A DNA stretch of 64,000 nt from Octopus sinensis (Eukaryota), in contig NC_043011.1 of NCBI RefSeq assembly GCF_006345805.1, positions 61,392,464 to 61,456,463 of the forward strand. The letters are read 5' to 3'. Position 1 is the first letter of the stretch. The number at the start of each line of letters is the position of its first letter. Of the stretch, positions 37,411-50,306 are shown one piece after another. A program made the position numbers and the translations under genes. The notes under the pieces were generated by a model. The model did no database searches, was not told where the DNA came from, and was given only the letters and a program-made list of their open reading frames with translations.

Positions 37411-37824
37411 TATGTCTTTATTGCCCAGAAAGGGCTAAACATAGAGGGTCAAAGAAGGACAGACAAAGGGATTAAGTCGATTGCATCGACCCCAGTGCGT
37501 AACTGGTACTTAATTTATCGACCACGAAAGAATGAAAGGCAAAGTCGACCTCGGTGGAATTTGAACTCAGAACGTAACGGCAGACGAAATACCTATTTCT
37601 TTACTACCCACAAGGGGCTAAACACAGAGAGGACAAACAACGACAGACAAACGGATTAAGTCGATTATATCGACCCCAGTGCGTAACTGATACTTATTTA
37701 ATTGACCCCGGAAGAATGAAAGGCAAAGTCGACCTCGGCGGAATTTAAACTCAGAACGTAACGGCATACGAAATACCGCTAAGTATTTCGCCCGGCGTGC
37801 TAACGTTTCTGGTAGCTCGTCGCC
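37411..37824 (-). mobile_element. Dimeric SINE family B insertion with 15-bp TSD
   Basis: TTCTGTGCAGATTCT at 37396-37410 and 37825-37839 flanks two tandem, non-identical units. Confidence 0.85.
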
Positions 37825-38439
37825 TTCTGTGCAGATTCTAAAAATGAAAAGCGCTGCACAAGGTTAGAAGGTATAGTAGTAAGAAATTTTGTTTGACACT
37901 TCGTTGTGGTACGATGCCATTGCCTAAGGGTATCAAACCCGAGACTATGTAGTTGTGAAGTGTAGCAATTAACCGTCTCGCTAACTTAGAATATAAACAC
38001 ATAAAACTACTTAATAGCTTAATCTATACCATTTTTTGCTTGAATATCAATCTGTCCACACCACCATGCCTGCATCTGCGCTGCCATTTCTTTTGCCATA
38101 TTCCAAATGTTTTTGTTACGTCGCAAATCATTTGTGGAATAAAGCATATCAGCTTTGTATTATCCATTCATTTTTTGCCATCTCCAGTATCCAATTTGTT
38201 GTGTCTTGATATTGTGTGGAATACTAAAATGCCGATATTTTAAAATGATAACAAGAGAAGATGCTGACTAACTATCGTCGTACAATAACGCCAACAGTTT
38301 TTATTTAATAAGAACAATTAAAATTAATTCGATTTACACTAAAGTAATTCTAATTAATTAGATAGAAGACTGCTTAAATTTCATATTTATTAAAAAAATG
38401 TTTTCAAATTTAAACACTTAAGTAATGTATTGGTTTCGT

Positions 38440-38642
38440 ATTTCGGCAAAAGTTCATAAATTTCGGGGGAGATATTTGGGTAAGGCGATTTCATCGACCT
38501 CAATGCTCAACTGGTACTTGTTTTATAGAGCCAGAAAGGATGAAAGGCAAAGTGGAGCTCGGCGAAGTCAGAACGTAAAGATAGATGACATGCCGCTAAG
38601 CTTTCTGCCCGGCCTGCTAACGATTCTTCTAGCTCGCCGCCC
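38440..38642 (-). mobile_element. SINE family B
   Basis: GAAAGGATGAAAGGCAAAGTGGAGCTCGGCGAAGTCAGAACGTA..CTAGCTCGCCGCC. Confidence 0.8.
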
Positions 38643-39324
38643 TACACACTGCAGTAATATATTGGTCCATGCAAACATTTTCACGGCTAGCATTGTTCTC
38701 ATCACGTCGGGGTCACCAACTTTTAGCCGTAAATATAAATTGCGGTTTAAGGTCTGATATATTATGTCCCCTGTTAAATGACCTCAGAATAGATATCAAT
38801 AAACAGATTCAAAGACAATTTGCAATTGACTGCACGGAAATATTCATTACTATTGCTAAAATTAAATACAGCAAACTGGCAGGGCATTAATAATTGTCAA
38901 TACATTGTATGGTTTCAAACGCTCAAAAAATGAAGATAAAATGTCAGCAAAACCTAAAACATAACATTACACAAATTCTGGCTACAATTCTATTTAAATG
39001 TTGGTAAAACGCTACGCATGACGAACAGAATTCTGGTTTGAATTCTGTTCAATGTAAAAACTGCAAAGTGAAATCAAACTGCTCTCACATCAAAGATCAC
39101 AGGTCGCTCGTAGCAAATCTCACCAACCGCGGAACTTAGCTGAGCAAGACATCCCATTTTATAGCTGATGCACAGACGGTAGGTTAATCCATTACGTTAA
39201 GGGTTGGATGGTCAGAGTAAATCTAAATGGACCTGACCATCACGTGGTAAAACAAAATGAGTAGTAAAAGTAAAACGCCACAATGTGAGCAGCCAAAGTT
39301 CAAGAGTGATCATGCTTCCGCTAC

Positions 39325-39478
39325 AGTTCTAAACTTTGGCACAAAGCCAGCAATTTCGGAGACAGGAAAGTTGATTACGTCGACCTCAGAACTCAACTGA
39401 TACTGTTTTTATCGACCCCGTCAAGAGGAAAGGCAAAGACAACCGCACCGAAATTTGATCTCAGAACGTAAACTGCAG
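39325..39478 (-). mobile_element. SINE family B, degenerate
   Basis: TTTTATCGACCCCG..AAAGGCAAAGACAACCGCACCGAAATTTGATCTCAGAACGTA. Confidence 0.7.
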
Positions 39479-41689
39479 GAATTTTTTGAAAGGAAAACAA
39501 ATCATCAAAATTGTTTCACATCTGAAAGAATTTATCGAAGCGACATTATGAATAATGAATTTTTGTCTTTAAGAAAACTAAATTTGGTAGGTGGTTTTAA
39601 TGCGATCATTAACCTTGGTATATGTCTTTTTAATTTCTATAATTTCTTACTTCAAAGTGATTTAATTAGATATCAGCCTGCTCTAACATACCACTGTTTC
39701 ATTAGTCTGCTGTAAGTCTTACAGTGTATGCAATCTGGCAGAGTTATTCTCTTTCATGTAATAGTTTGTTAATAACGTATAATCTTTTTTACATAGATGT
39801 AATAACTGTTCCATGCAATAAAATGATCTTTCATTTTTCATTTTTCAGTTTACAGTTTACAGTTTATTATAAACTAATCTGTAAACGTGCTGACACAGTA
39901 AATCTGAAGATTAAAACCCGTTCAACAAATACACAAAGCTTTAAGAAGTTCATTTAATTCAGTTTGTATCTTTAAAGTCTTAGAACTGTCTAACTCGCGT
40001 CATCACCGTCGAAAGACTTCAATTTGTATCACCATTGTCCACCATTTTGAATTGACGTCATTTAGGTCGACTGCATGTGTGTGCGCGTTTGCATGTGCGA
40101 GTGTATGTGAGTGTGCGCGTGTATGTGTGTGTTTGTGAGCGCGCGTCTATGTGTAGGTGTGTTTAGCTACATTTTCTATAAGAAACAGAATATACATTTT
40201 ACTTGATTCTATACGAAATTTAAAAAATATATATATATATTTATACAGTAACCGTGGATTTTCAGTTAAAATGTGTGAAAATCACTGGAGTTTAATGCGA
40301 TTAAAAAGCAAAAAAAATATAAAAGAAAGGATACAAAATGTAAAGCGAATATTTTAATCGCGTAATTTGTGGAAAATCGAAAGAAAGTTGCACTGGCTAA
40401 GAGCCTATAACTAAAGCCTCATCACTTGCTTCCTGTTGATAATGAACGGATATTGGCAGGATATAGTCGTTTCATATCACTTAATTAAACCAATGGCTAT
40501 CACTCTCTTACGCATCAATAACCACTGACAGTTAGTTCAGTAAATCTATCCGGTAGACAGAGATACGATGGAATGTCTGTATTAGTTAAGAGGCAAACAG
40601 GCCAGTTCTCAGCGGAGCCTGCAACTCAAATAACACTTAACGGACGTTTGTTCAATAATGGACAAAAGCAATATTAGAGTACTTGATAAATCCACTGTTG
40701 TGTTTATCTATTTAATATAATTATTCAGAGATGTTTTCATTGAAGGTTGCTTTTTTTTTAATTTTTCCTTTTTTCTTGTTCTACTTCCATTAATAAATAT
40801 TCTGACAAACGTTAATTACAGTCATTATCAGACAGAAATAACCCGAAACAAACTAACGATTTAATTAAATGATAATTAACTATTAGCTTTGCTTCGAACT
40901 GTAATATTACTGCAAAAGACAGAACGGCAGATGTTTTGGGTTTTTTTCACTTTCTTTATTTTGATTTATTACTTCAGTTCTATTGATATGATTAAGCCCA
41001 GAGAAATTTGATGCGATAGATATGAGATACACTAAAAATAATGCGAGACTTTACTTCGACAAGAGTCAATAAAAGGAATTCTATGCAGCTGAGCTGATAA
41101 ATCTGTTTATGTGACGATCATTTAATAGGCTGTTATATTGTTTGTTGTTATTGTTGTTGTTGCTGTTTGGTCCTTAGCTAGGCCTGGTTAAGCAGACCTA
41201 TGATCAAGGTCGTTCCAGCCAGGGTCAAACACGATATAGCAAAATAAAAGACATTTAGTCTTTTATTCGATATATACCCTGTCCTGAAATCGAAAGCACA
41301 AAATTATGATCTTGAGCCCAACACCCTGACCATTAAACCAAGCGACTCTGCACCGACTGGTACTCGAATAGAACCCACACTCTGAACACACTAAACACTA
41401 AATCACGGCGACGAAACTCCTTAGGCCTATGGTGATCGCTAGGACTCATAAAGCCGAAGCCTGATCTAGTTTTCATGGCTGACTGAAATTACAAGAAGCC
41501 TCTTTGAACATAGGCTCAGGACCAGGGTGTCCTGAAGTGTAGAATGGACCTGGGATTGCAGCCCCTAAACACATTTCGCCCTCACATTGATGCCTTTGAG
41601 TGGGAACACATTCTGTCGCATGGTTAAGTTTCCAACTTTTGCAGAAACTCATTTGTTCATTTGAATGTGCGGAAACAACATGAAATGAG

Positions 41690-41785
41690 GTGTTTCATTG
41701 GAGAACATAATGCATTGCCTATTCTGGGATTCGAATCCACAATCTTACCATCGTGAGTGGATCACCGTAACCACTAGTCCACGCG
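41690..41785 (-). mobile_element. tRNA-derived SINE head fragment
   Basis: Minus strand GCGTGGACTAGTGGTTACGGTGATCCACTCACGATGGTAAGATTGTGGATTCGAATCCC. Confidence 0.55.
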
Positions 41786-42414
41786 GCTTCACATTATTCG
41801 CAAAACGACTATTTGTTCATTTGAAACGTTTATGCGGACACAATAGTGCAGAGATAAACCTCTTGAACATAAATACCTATTTTCTCTAGTGGGGGGATTC
41901 ACACATATGTTACGACATTAAGAGTCCGTTTTAAAACTATTTTATCCGGTTAAACTAGGCTTTTACAATTAACAATCGCAGAGATAAAAATTAAATGGCA
42001 GAGCCACGCGCTATTTTTATCGGGTATAAAGTAGTTAATTAAGCATTAGGCGTTTAATGAACGTCAGATGAATATCTCCAAGATGGGCTGCCGATCAACA
42101 ACAGGTAACATTATCGGAAGACGTGATGTATATCACTTTGAAGTAAAGCGGAGAAGTCGTGGATGGAATTCAGTTAATAGTTTTCAATACGAAAGAAAAA
42201 AAGCTTAAAGCTGATTCGAAATCGAGATAAATAAAAAAACAAAAAAAAAAACAAAAACAAAAGAATCAAAACTGACAGATCGATATGCTATCTGTTCGAG
42301 CATCTCTCTACTTCTCAGCATGTCACTTTTATCAATCAGTTGTAACTATTAGACAGAACGATGTATTGACGTATTTATCAATCTGCAAGTTAAATTTACC
42401 GCATATGCATTTAT

Positions 42415-42563
42415 GCTGTTGTTGATGATGATGATGAATGATGGTAATGATGATGATTGTGGTGGTGGTGGTGGTGGTGGTGGTGGTGTGGTGGTGGTGA
42501 TGTGGTGGTGGCCGTAATGGTTGCGGTGGCGGAGATCGTAATGATAACGATGGTGGTGATGAA

Positions 42564-42602
<39 letters not shown>

Positions 42603-42942
42603 GATGACGATGACGACGACGACGACGACGATGATGATGATGATAATGTCGGTAGTGGTGGGGTTGTTGCTTTTGTGGGGACAGTGCTGGAGATGAGACT
42701 GGTAATGACGCAGAAGAAGAAGAAGAAGAAGAAAGAAGAAGAGAAAGAAGAAGAAGAAGAAGAAGAAGAAGAAGAAGAGAAAGAAGAAGAAGAAGAAGAG
42801 AAAGAAGAAGAAGAAGAAGAGAAGAAGAAGAAAGGAAGAGGAAGAAGAAGAAGAAGAAGGGGAGGGAGAAGAAGAAAAGAAGAAGAAGAAGAAGAGAAGA
42901 AGAAGAAGAAGAAAAGAAGAAGAAGAAGAAGAAGAAGAAGAC
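42415..42942. repeat. Compound trinucleotide array (TGA/TGG/GAT/GAC/GAA)
   Basis: Direct read. Confidence 0.95.
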
Positions 42943-43720
42943 CCCTCAAACAACCAGCAATCACCGGTCATTCCTTTTCTCGTTCACGTCTTCCCCGCCG
43001 TTCCCAAAGGAGAGTGTAGGCGTGTCCAACTTGTCAGTCAGCTTGCAAGACATTCCAGCTGAGAAGCATTTGAAACGAAATGCTCAGGGCCATGCTTGAT
43101 AATGTCGTCCAACAAAAGCAATATCCGAGAAAAGAAAGGAAATGTCATGCTTAACTTTACATTCGTGATCAGAGATGGCCCCTGGCCAAATTTAATAAAA
43201 GGACATTATTTGCACCAATTCTCTTTTTACCCAAAGACACAAACTGAAGATTCGTGATCTCAGTTTTGTTGCCCTACCCTCTTCTTCATATTTATTCAAC
43301 AGACATAAAGTATTTCTGATATGTTTTTTAATGGCTTCTTCATTGGTTTTAGCGAAAAGCTTTTAAAAGTCTATACAATTCACTTAAAGATATTTTATTT
43401 TTAAGACAAATTTTGTGTTTTAAGTTTATTTATGAGGATGTAATTACTTATTTGTGTGCGTATATATAAATGTATATATATATATATACACCCATATCTG
43501 TGTATGAGTGTGTGTCTACTTTGGGTGTGGTGTGAATGTATATGCGTGTGTGCAAATGCGTGTGTAGAAATTTTGTGCGTTGAAACCCATCGTGTAATCT
43601 ATATACATTTTCAAATCATCAAATTTCCAAGTTATTTATTGCACATGCATACACACACACACAAGCTCATACACACATGTGCACATGCGCGCACGCACAC
43701 CACACACACGCACATGTATA

Positions 43721-43763
<43 letters not shown>

Positions 43764-43812
43764 GTATAGAGAGAGAGATGTATGTATATGTGTGTGTAAA
43801 TATATATATATA

Positions 43813-44907
43813 TAAACTTAGATAAACTTAGATATGTTTCGACCAGAGATTGGTCCAGGCCATGTCTAACTTAATAGCACCACCTGATAGGATTATTCGA
43901 ATCCTGTTTAAGTCAAGTTTTGTTCAAGTAGTGAGTTCTTGTTGGCTGAGTTGTATCCAGTTTTGTTCAGTAGTGAGTTCTTGTTGGTGAGTTGTATCCA
44001 ATTATGGGTGGCTTGTCTGGTATTCTTTGAAGGAATCTATCCAGACTCTGTTTGAAGTTGATGGGATCCTTTTCTCTTTGATCTCCCTCGGGACAATGTT
44101 AAATAGGGCAGGGCCTGTTGAGGAAAAGAATTATGTTGCAGTGTACATGTATGTTGTGATCTTGAATTTGGCAGGGGACGTATAGCCGTGGTCCAAGTCT
44201 CGGATGAACCTTGAAACTAATGTTTAGGTCGTTTGGGCAAAGTTGGCGGTATATTTTCCACATCGTACAAATGATGTACCGCTCACGGCGACGCTGGAGG
44301 GAGTAAAGTTTCAAGGCTTTAAGGCGATCCCAATAGTCGAGAGCAGCCATGCCTTCAATTTGTTTAGTGAGAGCCCTCTGGGGTGACTCAATTCTGGAGA
44401 TGTTTTGTCTTGTGTGAGGAGACCACAGTGGGCAGCGGTATTCAAGGTGTGGCCGTACAAAGGATGAAAAAAGTGGTATGATGACACCTTGTTCTCTGGA
44501 CCGGAAAGTTCTTAAGATCCAGGAACTCATCCTACGAGCTGTATCAACCTTCTTGTTGATGTGTGCACTCCGACTGAGATCGTCATCAACAATTACACCC
44601 AGGTCTCTGATATTGTTAGAGGCTGTGAGCGGTTCCCCTGAAGGAAGAGAGTATGGTTGTTTTAGTGAGGAATTTCTTCCAAAATGCATCAGCTCAAATT
44701 TTCCCTCATTCAGTTGCATTTTGTTTCTGTCTGCCCATTGACTCACAGCATATAGGTCAGACTGGAGTTGAGTTCGGTCTGCTTCTTCATTGACGATTTG
44801 CTGGAGCTTAGTGTCATCAGCGAATATTTTCACTTTGCAGTGATGTACGACACTGGAAAGGTCGTTTACATAAATTATGAAGAGTAGCGGACCTAAAACA
44901 GTCCCCT
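43813..44907 (-). mobile_element. 5'-truncated CR1/L2-group LINE: RT C-terminal half, 3'UTR and tandem tail
   Basis: Open frame QGTVLGPLLFIIYVNDL..KIFADDTKL..FVRPHLEYRCPLWSPH..LYSLQRRRERY. The minus-strand 3' end has the hairpin GACC-AATCTCT-GGTC and a (TCTAAGTTTA)2 tail. Confidence 0.9.
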
Positions 44908-44967
44908 ATATATATATATGTAACAATGATAAATATCAAAGTGAGTTATATACAGTAGCGGTAACAC

Positions 44968-45119
44968 ATCGTGACGTATTTTTGCCATTTCAATACTGAC
45001 AGGACACAGAAAGTGTGTCTATGGCCAGCTGGAGGAGTGTGTCCTCCTGGGGCTAAAAACTACAGTAGCATCCACCCTTAGGGGTTAGCCATATTGAAAT
45101 GGCAAAAATACGTCACGAT
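44968..45119. mobile_element. 152-bp MITE-like element with perfect 28-bp terminal inverted repeats
   Basis: ATCGTGACGTATTTTTGCCATTTCAATA versus TATTGAAATGGCAAAAATACGTCACGAT. Confidence 0.7.
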
Positions 45120-45589
45120 ATATATATATATATATATATATATGTATACATGTATATGTATGTAGGTATATATATTTTAGGTTTTAAAACTTTACGTTTA
45201 AAGGATAACAGGTTTTATTGCCATATCGTATTTCACAACAACTTCTGTTATCTTCAAGAAGCATTTATATTTTCCCTTCCTAAATTATAATTAGAATAAA
45301 TCTATCAAGCGTACTGAAACATTCAGCTCGCTTTGAAAACACGGAGTGGTAATACCTTGAATAAAGCCGCGTGCTGCAGGGATACTTATAAGCTGGATGG
45401 AGTTTTAATGCAACAGAGCCGAAGGGATGCAATTAAATGCCATATCTTAGGAGGATGTGTTCAGTAGAAACACGTGTCGGGCCATATAAGGATGTATAAT
45501 TTTCCATTCTTATTCTTAATGCCTTGTATATACATGTACATATATGTGTGTATGTGTATGTGTACATATATACAGAGAGAAGTATATAG

Positions 45590-45595
45590 ACAGAC

Positions 45596-45687
<92 letters not shown>

Positions 45688-45690
45688 GAA
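45590..45690. repeat. (GATA)n
   Basis: Direct read. Confidence 0.95.
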
Positions 45691-46035
45691 TCGATGAATT
45701 GAGGTACGAGTGTATACGTGTGTGTGACACAATTTTCTGGGATACACTGAATGTTCATTAACCAAATACAGAAGTAAGCGAAGGACAATTCAAATCAACA
45801 GATATTCAACATACTTAATATTTGGTAATTTAAAAACCGCAACACATCAAATTAAGTGGAAATTTTGAGAGAAAAAGCAAACTTGCCCTGTATCAATTAA
45901 ATCTGAAATGTATACGTTATGCAGGCCGGAGACGGTTGTTATATACTATTCTACGAAAGCATCATGTACTTGAAGAACTGCCAGCAATATATTTGAACGG
46001 GCTAACATTTCATATAATATTTGTTGCAGTTCAAG

Positions 46036-46249
46036 GCGGCCAGCTGGCAAAAACGTTAGGACGCCGGGCGAAATGCTTAGCGCTATTTTCGTCTGCCGTT
46101 ACGTTCTGAGTTCAAATTCCGCCGAGGTCGACTTTGTCTTTCATTCTTTCGGGATCGATGAATCAAGTATCCCTTGCATACTGAGGTCGATCTCATCAAC
46201 CGGCCCCCTTTCCCCAAAATTTCGGGCCTTGTACCTAGAGTAGAAAAGA
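46036..46249 (+). mobile_element. SINE family B, full length, with degenerate 19-bp TSD
   Basis: ATATTTGTTGCAGTTCAAG (46017-46035) versus ATATTTGCTGAAGTTCAAG (46250-46268), 17/19 identical. Confidence 0.9.
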
Positions 46250-46451
46250 ATATTTGCTGAAGTTCAAGCATCCTAACAAATTCACTTGAATAATTACTTA
46301 TCTTATATCTTCATTAGCTCTTAATTATCTTTAACCGAGTAAAAAGCAATTTTAAGTTCGTATATATTTAATTATTAACAATATATATATTTTTAGCTTG
46401 GTATAGCTTCGACAAATCTTTGGTTGAAACATATCTACGTTGTCTAATATA

Positions 46452-46993
46452 CGAGGATGAGTCAAAATGTAATGCCATTTTGTTTAGAACAAGTATAACT
46501 ACCAACACAGGAACATGTATCATACATCAAAATGAAGCGGGTCCTCTGTGGATCGCATCCCTACTTTTCAACATAGTCACCGTTTCTCTCAATAGCAATG
46601 TTCCACCTTCGAATAAGCGCATGTATCCCTGCCCTGTAAAGTTCTTCACTGCAGTTTTCACTTCCTCGTTACTGGGCTATCATCGCCACTGGACAATCAT
46701 CTCTTCGGCCCCATGAAAGAGGGTTTGAGAGGCAAACATTATTCTAGTGACGAGGAAGTAAAGAACTGTAGTGAAAAAGTGGCTCAAAGAACAGTCAACA
46801 TAATTTAACGTGGCAGGGATACACGTTCTCATTTGAAGGTGGAGCATTGCTATTGAGGGAAACGGTGATTATGCTGAGAAGTAAGGATGTGTTTCACAGA
46901 GGACCAGCTTCATTTTGATGTATGATACATGTTCCTGTGTTGGTAATTATACCTGTCCTAAACAAAGTGGCATTACTTTTTGACTCACCCTCG
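46452..46993. mobile_element. Mariner-derived element built from two opposed 3' ends, TA TSD
   Basis: TA|CGAGGATGAGTCAAAA .. TTTTTGACTCACCCTCG|TA. The interior gives LDNHLFGPMKEGLRGKHYSSDEEVK; the left arm is an inverted copy of the transposase C-terminus plus TIR. Confidence 0.85.
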
Positions 46994-47039
46994 TAAATAT
47001 AAATAAATAAATATATCTATATATATACATAAAAAGATA

Positions 47040-47350
47040 AATATTTCAATTAACCTGAAGATTGACTGTAACCATAACTCGAATTAATACGAATTGTACA
47101 GCCATGAAACGATCGTAGTGTTTTACTCTTTATCTTTTATTAAACTTTTAATACTTTTGATATATTTTAAAAATAATATAAATTAATTAATTTTATGTAT
47201 TGGCTTATATTTTTCATTGTTTGATTTGCCTAAGAGTGGTTTTATCTCTAATTTAATATAATATAATATAATATATTTTACTATAAAATTGGATTTAATC
47301 CTAAATCTGATTTTTCTCTGTAAGTTTGGATTTATTCCCTAATATTTTAT
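47040..47350 (+). mobile_element. PLE-type terminal repeat with HHR motif
   Basis: CTGAAGA (47055) T TGACTGTA..TACAGCCA T GAAAC GATC GTA (47117), followed by the tail shared with 18842 and 23540. Confidence 0.65.
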
Positions 47351-47819
47351 TATATATATATATATACATACAAATATATACATGTATGTATGTGTGTATG
47401 TTTGTACGCATGCATGTGTGAATACAAACACGTATCTTTTCTATGTGGCTTTGCGCATTAATGTAGTATATCTGCCGAAATATTCATACGGGGCGAAAAA
47501 TTGTTAGTATAGTATGTATGTGTATATGTAGACACATACATAGAATATATAAATATATATGTGTGTATTTATGCCTATATACATACACACACACACATGT
47601 AAGTAGATGTGCGTGTGTGCGTGTGTGTGCGAGTGTGTATGCGTGTGAGTGTGTAAACACTAGAAATTAAATAGTTTTGCTAGTGTAACTTTATATATAA
47701 TGGAGATGTTGTAGGAAGCAGTGCAATGTTTTTAAATATTTAAACAAGAAATAGTATTCCCACTTGATTTCAAAAACCATGTGATTTAAATGTGTGATAT
47801 TTATATATTTATATAACAG

Positions 47820-47950
47820 CGTGTTCGTTCTAAGTATATATGTATATATATGCATTCATATATACATATATTTATATATTCATATATACATATATATTTA
47901 TATATATATATATGAATATATATGTATATATGTACATATATACATATATA

Positions 47951-48026
<76 letters not shown>

Positions 48027-48220
48027 ATTCTATCTATTATCTATATATATGTGTGTGTCTGTGTGTATGTATGTATATATGTTGTGTGTATGCGTATATG
48101 TACATATACCTATACGAATACATATTTGTAGTCATTCATACACATACACACACACAAACACAATAGATATATGTATACATCATCGATTTTATATATATAC
48201 ACATATATATACATACATGG
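47820..48220. repeat. (TA)n/(TG)n compound
   Basis: Direct read. Confidence 0.95.
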
Positions 48221-48410
48221 AGACATGGAGACATGTTGCTTGATAATAAATTATTTAAATTACGGTAGAGTGTGAACATATTTCCTTGCATAAAACAGCG
48301 AACCAAATAGAAAGCATTTCATTTCGCAGGAGAAACCTGCAGGGAACCGATGTGTTTAGGAATGAAAGTCTTTGACGTTTGACGTTGTTCTCATAAAACG
48401 CCCACAGAAC

Positions 48411-48460
<50 letters not shown>

Positions 48461-48469
48461 TATATATAT

Positions 48470-48560
48470 ATAACGGGCTTCTTTTAGTTTCGATCTACCA
48501 TATTCATTCACAAGGATTTGGTCGGCCCGAAGCTATAGTGGAAGATATTTGCCCAAGATG
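48470..48560 (-). mobile_element. SINE family C fragment
   Basis: ACGGGCTTCTTTTAGTTTCG..GGTCGGCCCGAAGCTATAGTGGAAGATATTTGCCCAAG. Confidence 0.7.
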
Positions 48561-48584
48561 TGTGTGTGTGTTTATGTGTGTGTA

Positions 48585-49383
48585 GGAGATCTGATCAATA
48601 AGTATCCGTACTGTTGCCATGGTAACGACGCCAAAGTATGGAGATTGAAGCTGTTTGGCACAGATTGACCTTGAACTCTGCTGTGCATGCGCATTAAGTT
48701 TTAATGTTCTAGCTCACTTCAGCTGTATACAGCAGTGCTTGGAAGGAAGATGTGTATCGTGTGACAGAAGCATTGACCATGATACAGAAAATTGATTAGA
48801 AGATCTGCGTTCTCATCACAACCAAGGAGATTTTATTCAAGTGAATCCCGAGTGTCTTTTTGGTCAGCTGAAAGTAGTTTTGGCAAAATATTGGCGTCTC
48901 ATGCTCAACTTTTCAGTGTTAATGGACTGAACTGAACTGCAACGAATCTGCACACACTCGCGGATGGTAATTCAACGATTTCCCCTCAGATATGGGTTGT
49001 TTTTCTCAGTCATGATGATTGAGGCTCTTCCAGAACATTCGTCAATATCGACACTTTTTTCAGCCATCTTGGAAACATCAGAACCACTCGTACACTTGTG
49101 TGCGGCTCATACATTCCTCTCCATACATCTTCTGCAACTTTGCGTAGGCCTCTGAGCAGGTGTCATTATGACAACTTTCTCTGTCATGGTCAATGCGACG
49201 ATCACACGCTACACACTCTCCTTCCAAGCATTGCTGTAAATAGCAGAAGGGAGCTAGGGCGTTAAAATTTGGTGCTCATGCACAAAAGAGTCTACGGTCA
49301 ATCTTTGCCATGGCGACTTCACCCTGCGTGCCTTAGCTTCGTTAGTATGGACAAAAGTCCAGATACTTACTGATTAGATTTCG
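48585..49383 (-). mobile_element. Internally deleted mariner with both TIRs and TA TSD
   Basis: TA|GGAGATCTGATCAATAAGTATCCGTAC and CCAGATACTTACTGATTAGATTTCG|TA. The interior has frameshifted N-terminal transposase remnants similar to 58860-59050. Confidence 0.8.
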
Positions 49384-49414
49384 TATATATGTATGTATAT
49401 ATATATAGAGAGAG

Positions 49415-49451
<37 letters not shown>

Positions 49452-49531
49452 TATATATATAGAGAGAGAGGCAGAGAAGAGAGAGACAGACACAGATATG
49501 CACATACTCATATATACATACACATATATGT

Positions 49532-49594
<63 letters not shown>

Positions 49595-49597
<3 letters not shown>

Positions 49598-49749
49598 CGG
49601 AGATGTACTTGCATAGCGAGTGCCTTGATCTGAGATCGTGTGCTGGAACGAAAACAATTGCAGCGTGGAAGGTCTTTATAAGCCATTTGTTTTCGTTCCA
49701 GCACACTATCTCAGATCAAGTCACTCGCAATGCAAGTACATCTCCGTAA
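49595..49749. repeat. Fold-back hairpin, arms about 63 bp
   Basis: TTACGGAGATGTACTTGCATAGCGAGTG..GGAACGAAAACAA versus TTGTTTTCGTTCC..CACTCGCAATGCAAGTACATCTCCGTAA, with few mismatches. Confidence 0.9.
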
Positions 49750-49842
49750 ATCCAAAAGCTTGAGCCAGGCTACCAAAACTTTGAGGAAAGCCGTTACTCG
49801 TTGCTTGAGAAAAGTAACAGCTAAGCAACAGCTTCATTTCAT

Positions 49843-49932
<90 letters not shown>

Positions 49933-50214
49933 AGCATATATAGGTAGAAAACTTGATGGAGAGTATAGTGCTCGAATACCAAAGAACGAGGGCATGATTT
50001 CCGTCAAAGCTTAAAAGATTTCACAAACTATTACGCAAAATTTCCCGCACTCAATCATTAGTCAGTCGTGAGCATTTTGAAATATTGCATTGTTGTAAGT
50101 AGTGAATATTCACGCCTATCTGACAATCGGCTATTTGGAATTCTGGGTAATACTTTCTGAAGTTTTCTATTCATCTTCCATCTTCAATGAAAAAAAGATA
50201 TACATGTCTGTGCG

Positions 50215-50226
50215 TGTGTATGTATG

Positions 50227-50306
<80 letters not shown>

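Noticed and set aside
43825-43870. HHR at the CR1 3' end (GACC..GGTC GAAAC)
   Set aside because: No CTGANGA upstream; better explained as the LINE 3' recognition stem-loop.
49950-49990. TTGATGG AGAG tatagtg CTC GAAT, HHR-like
   Set aside because: Three core positions deviate.
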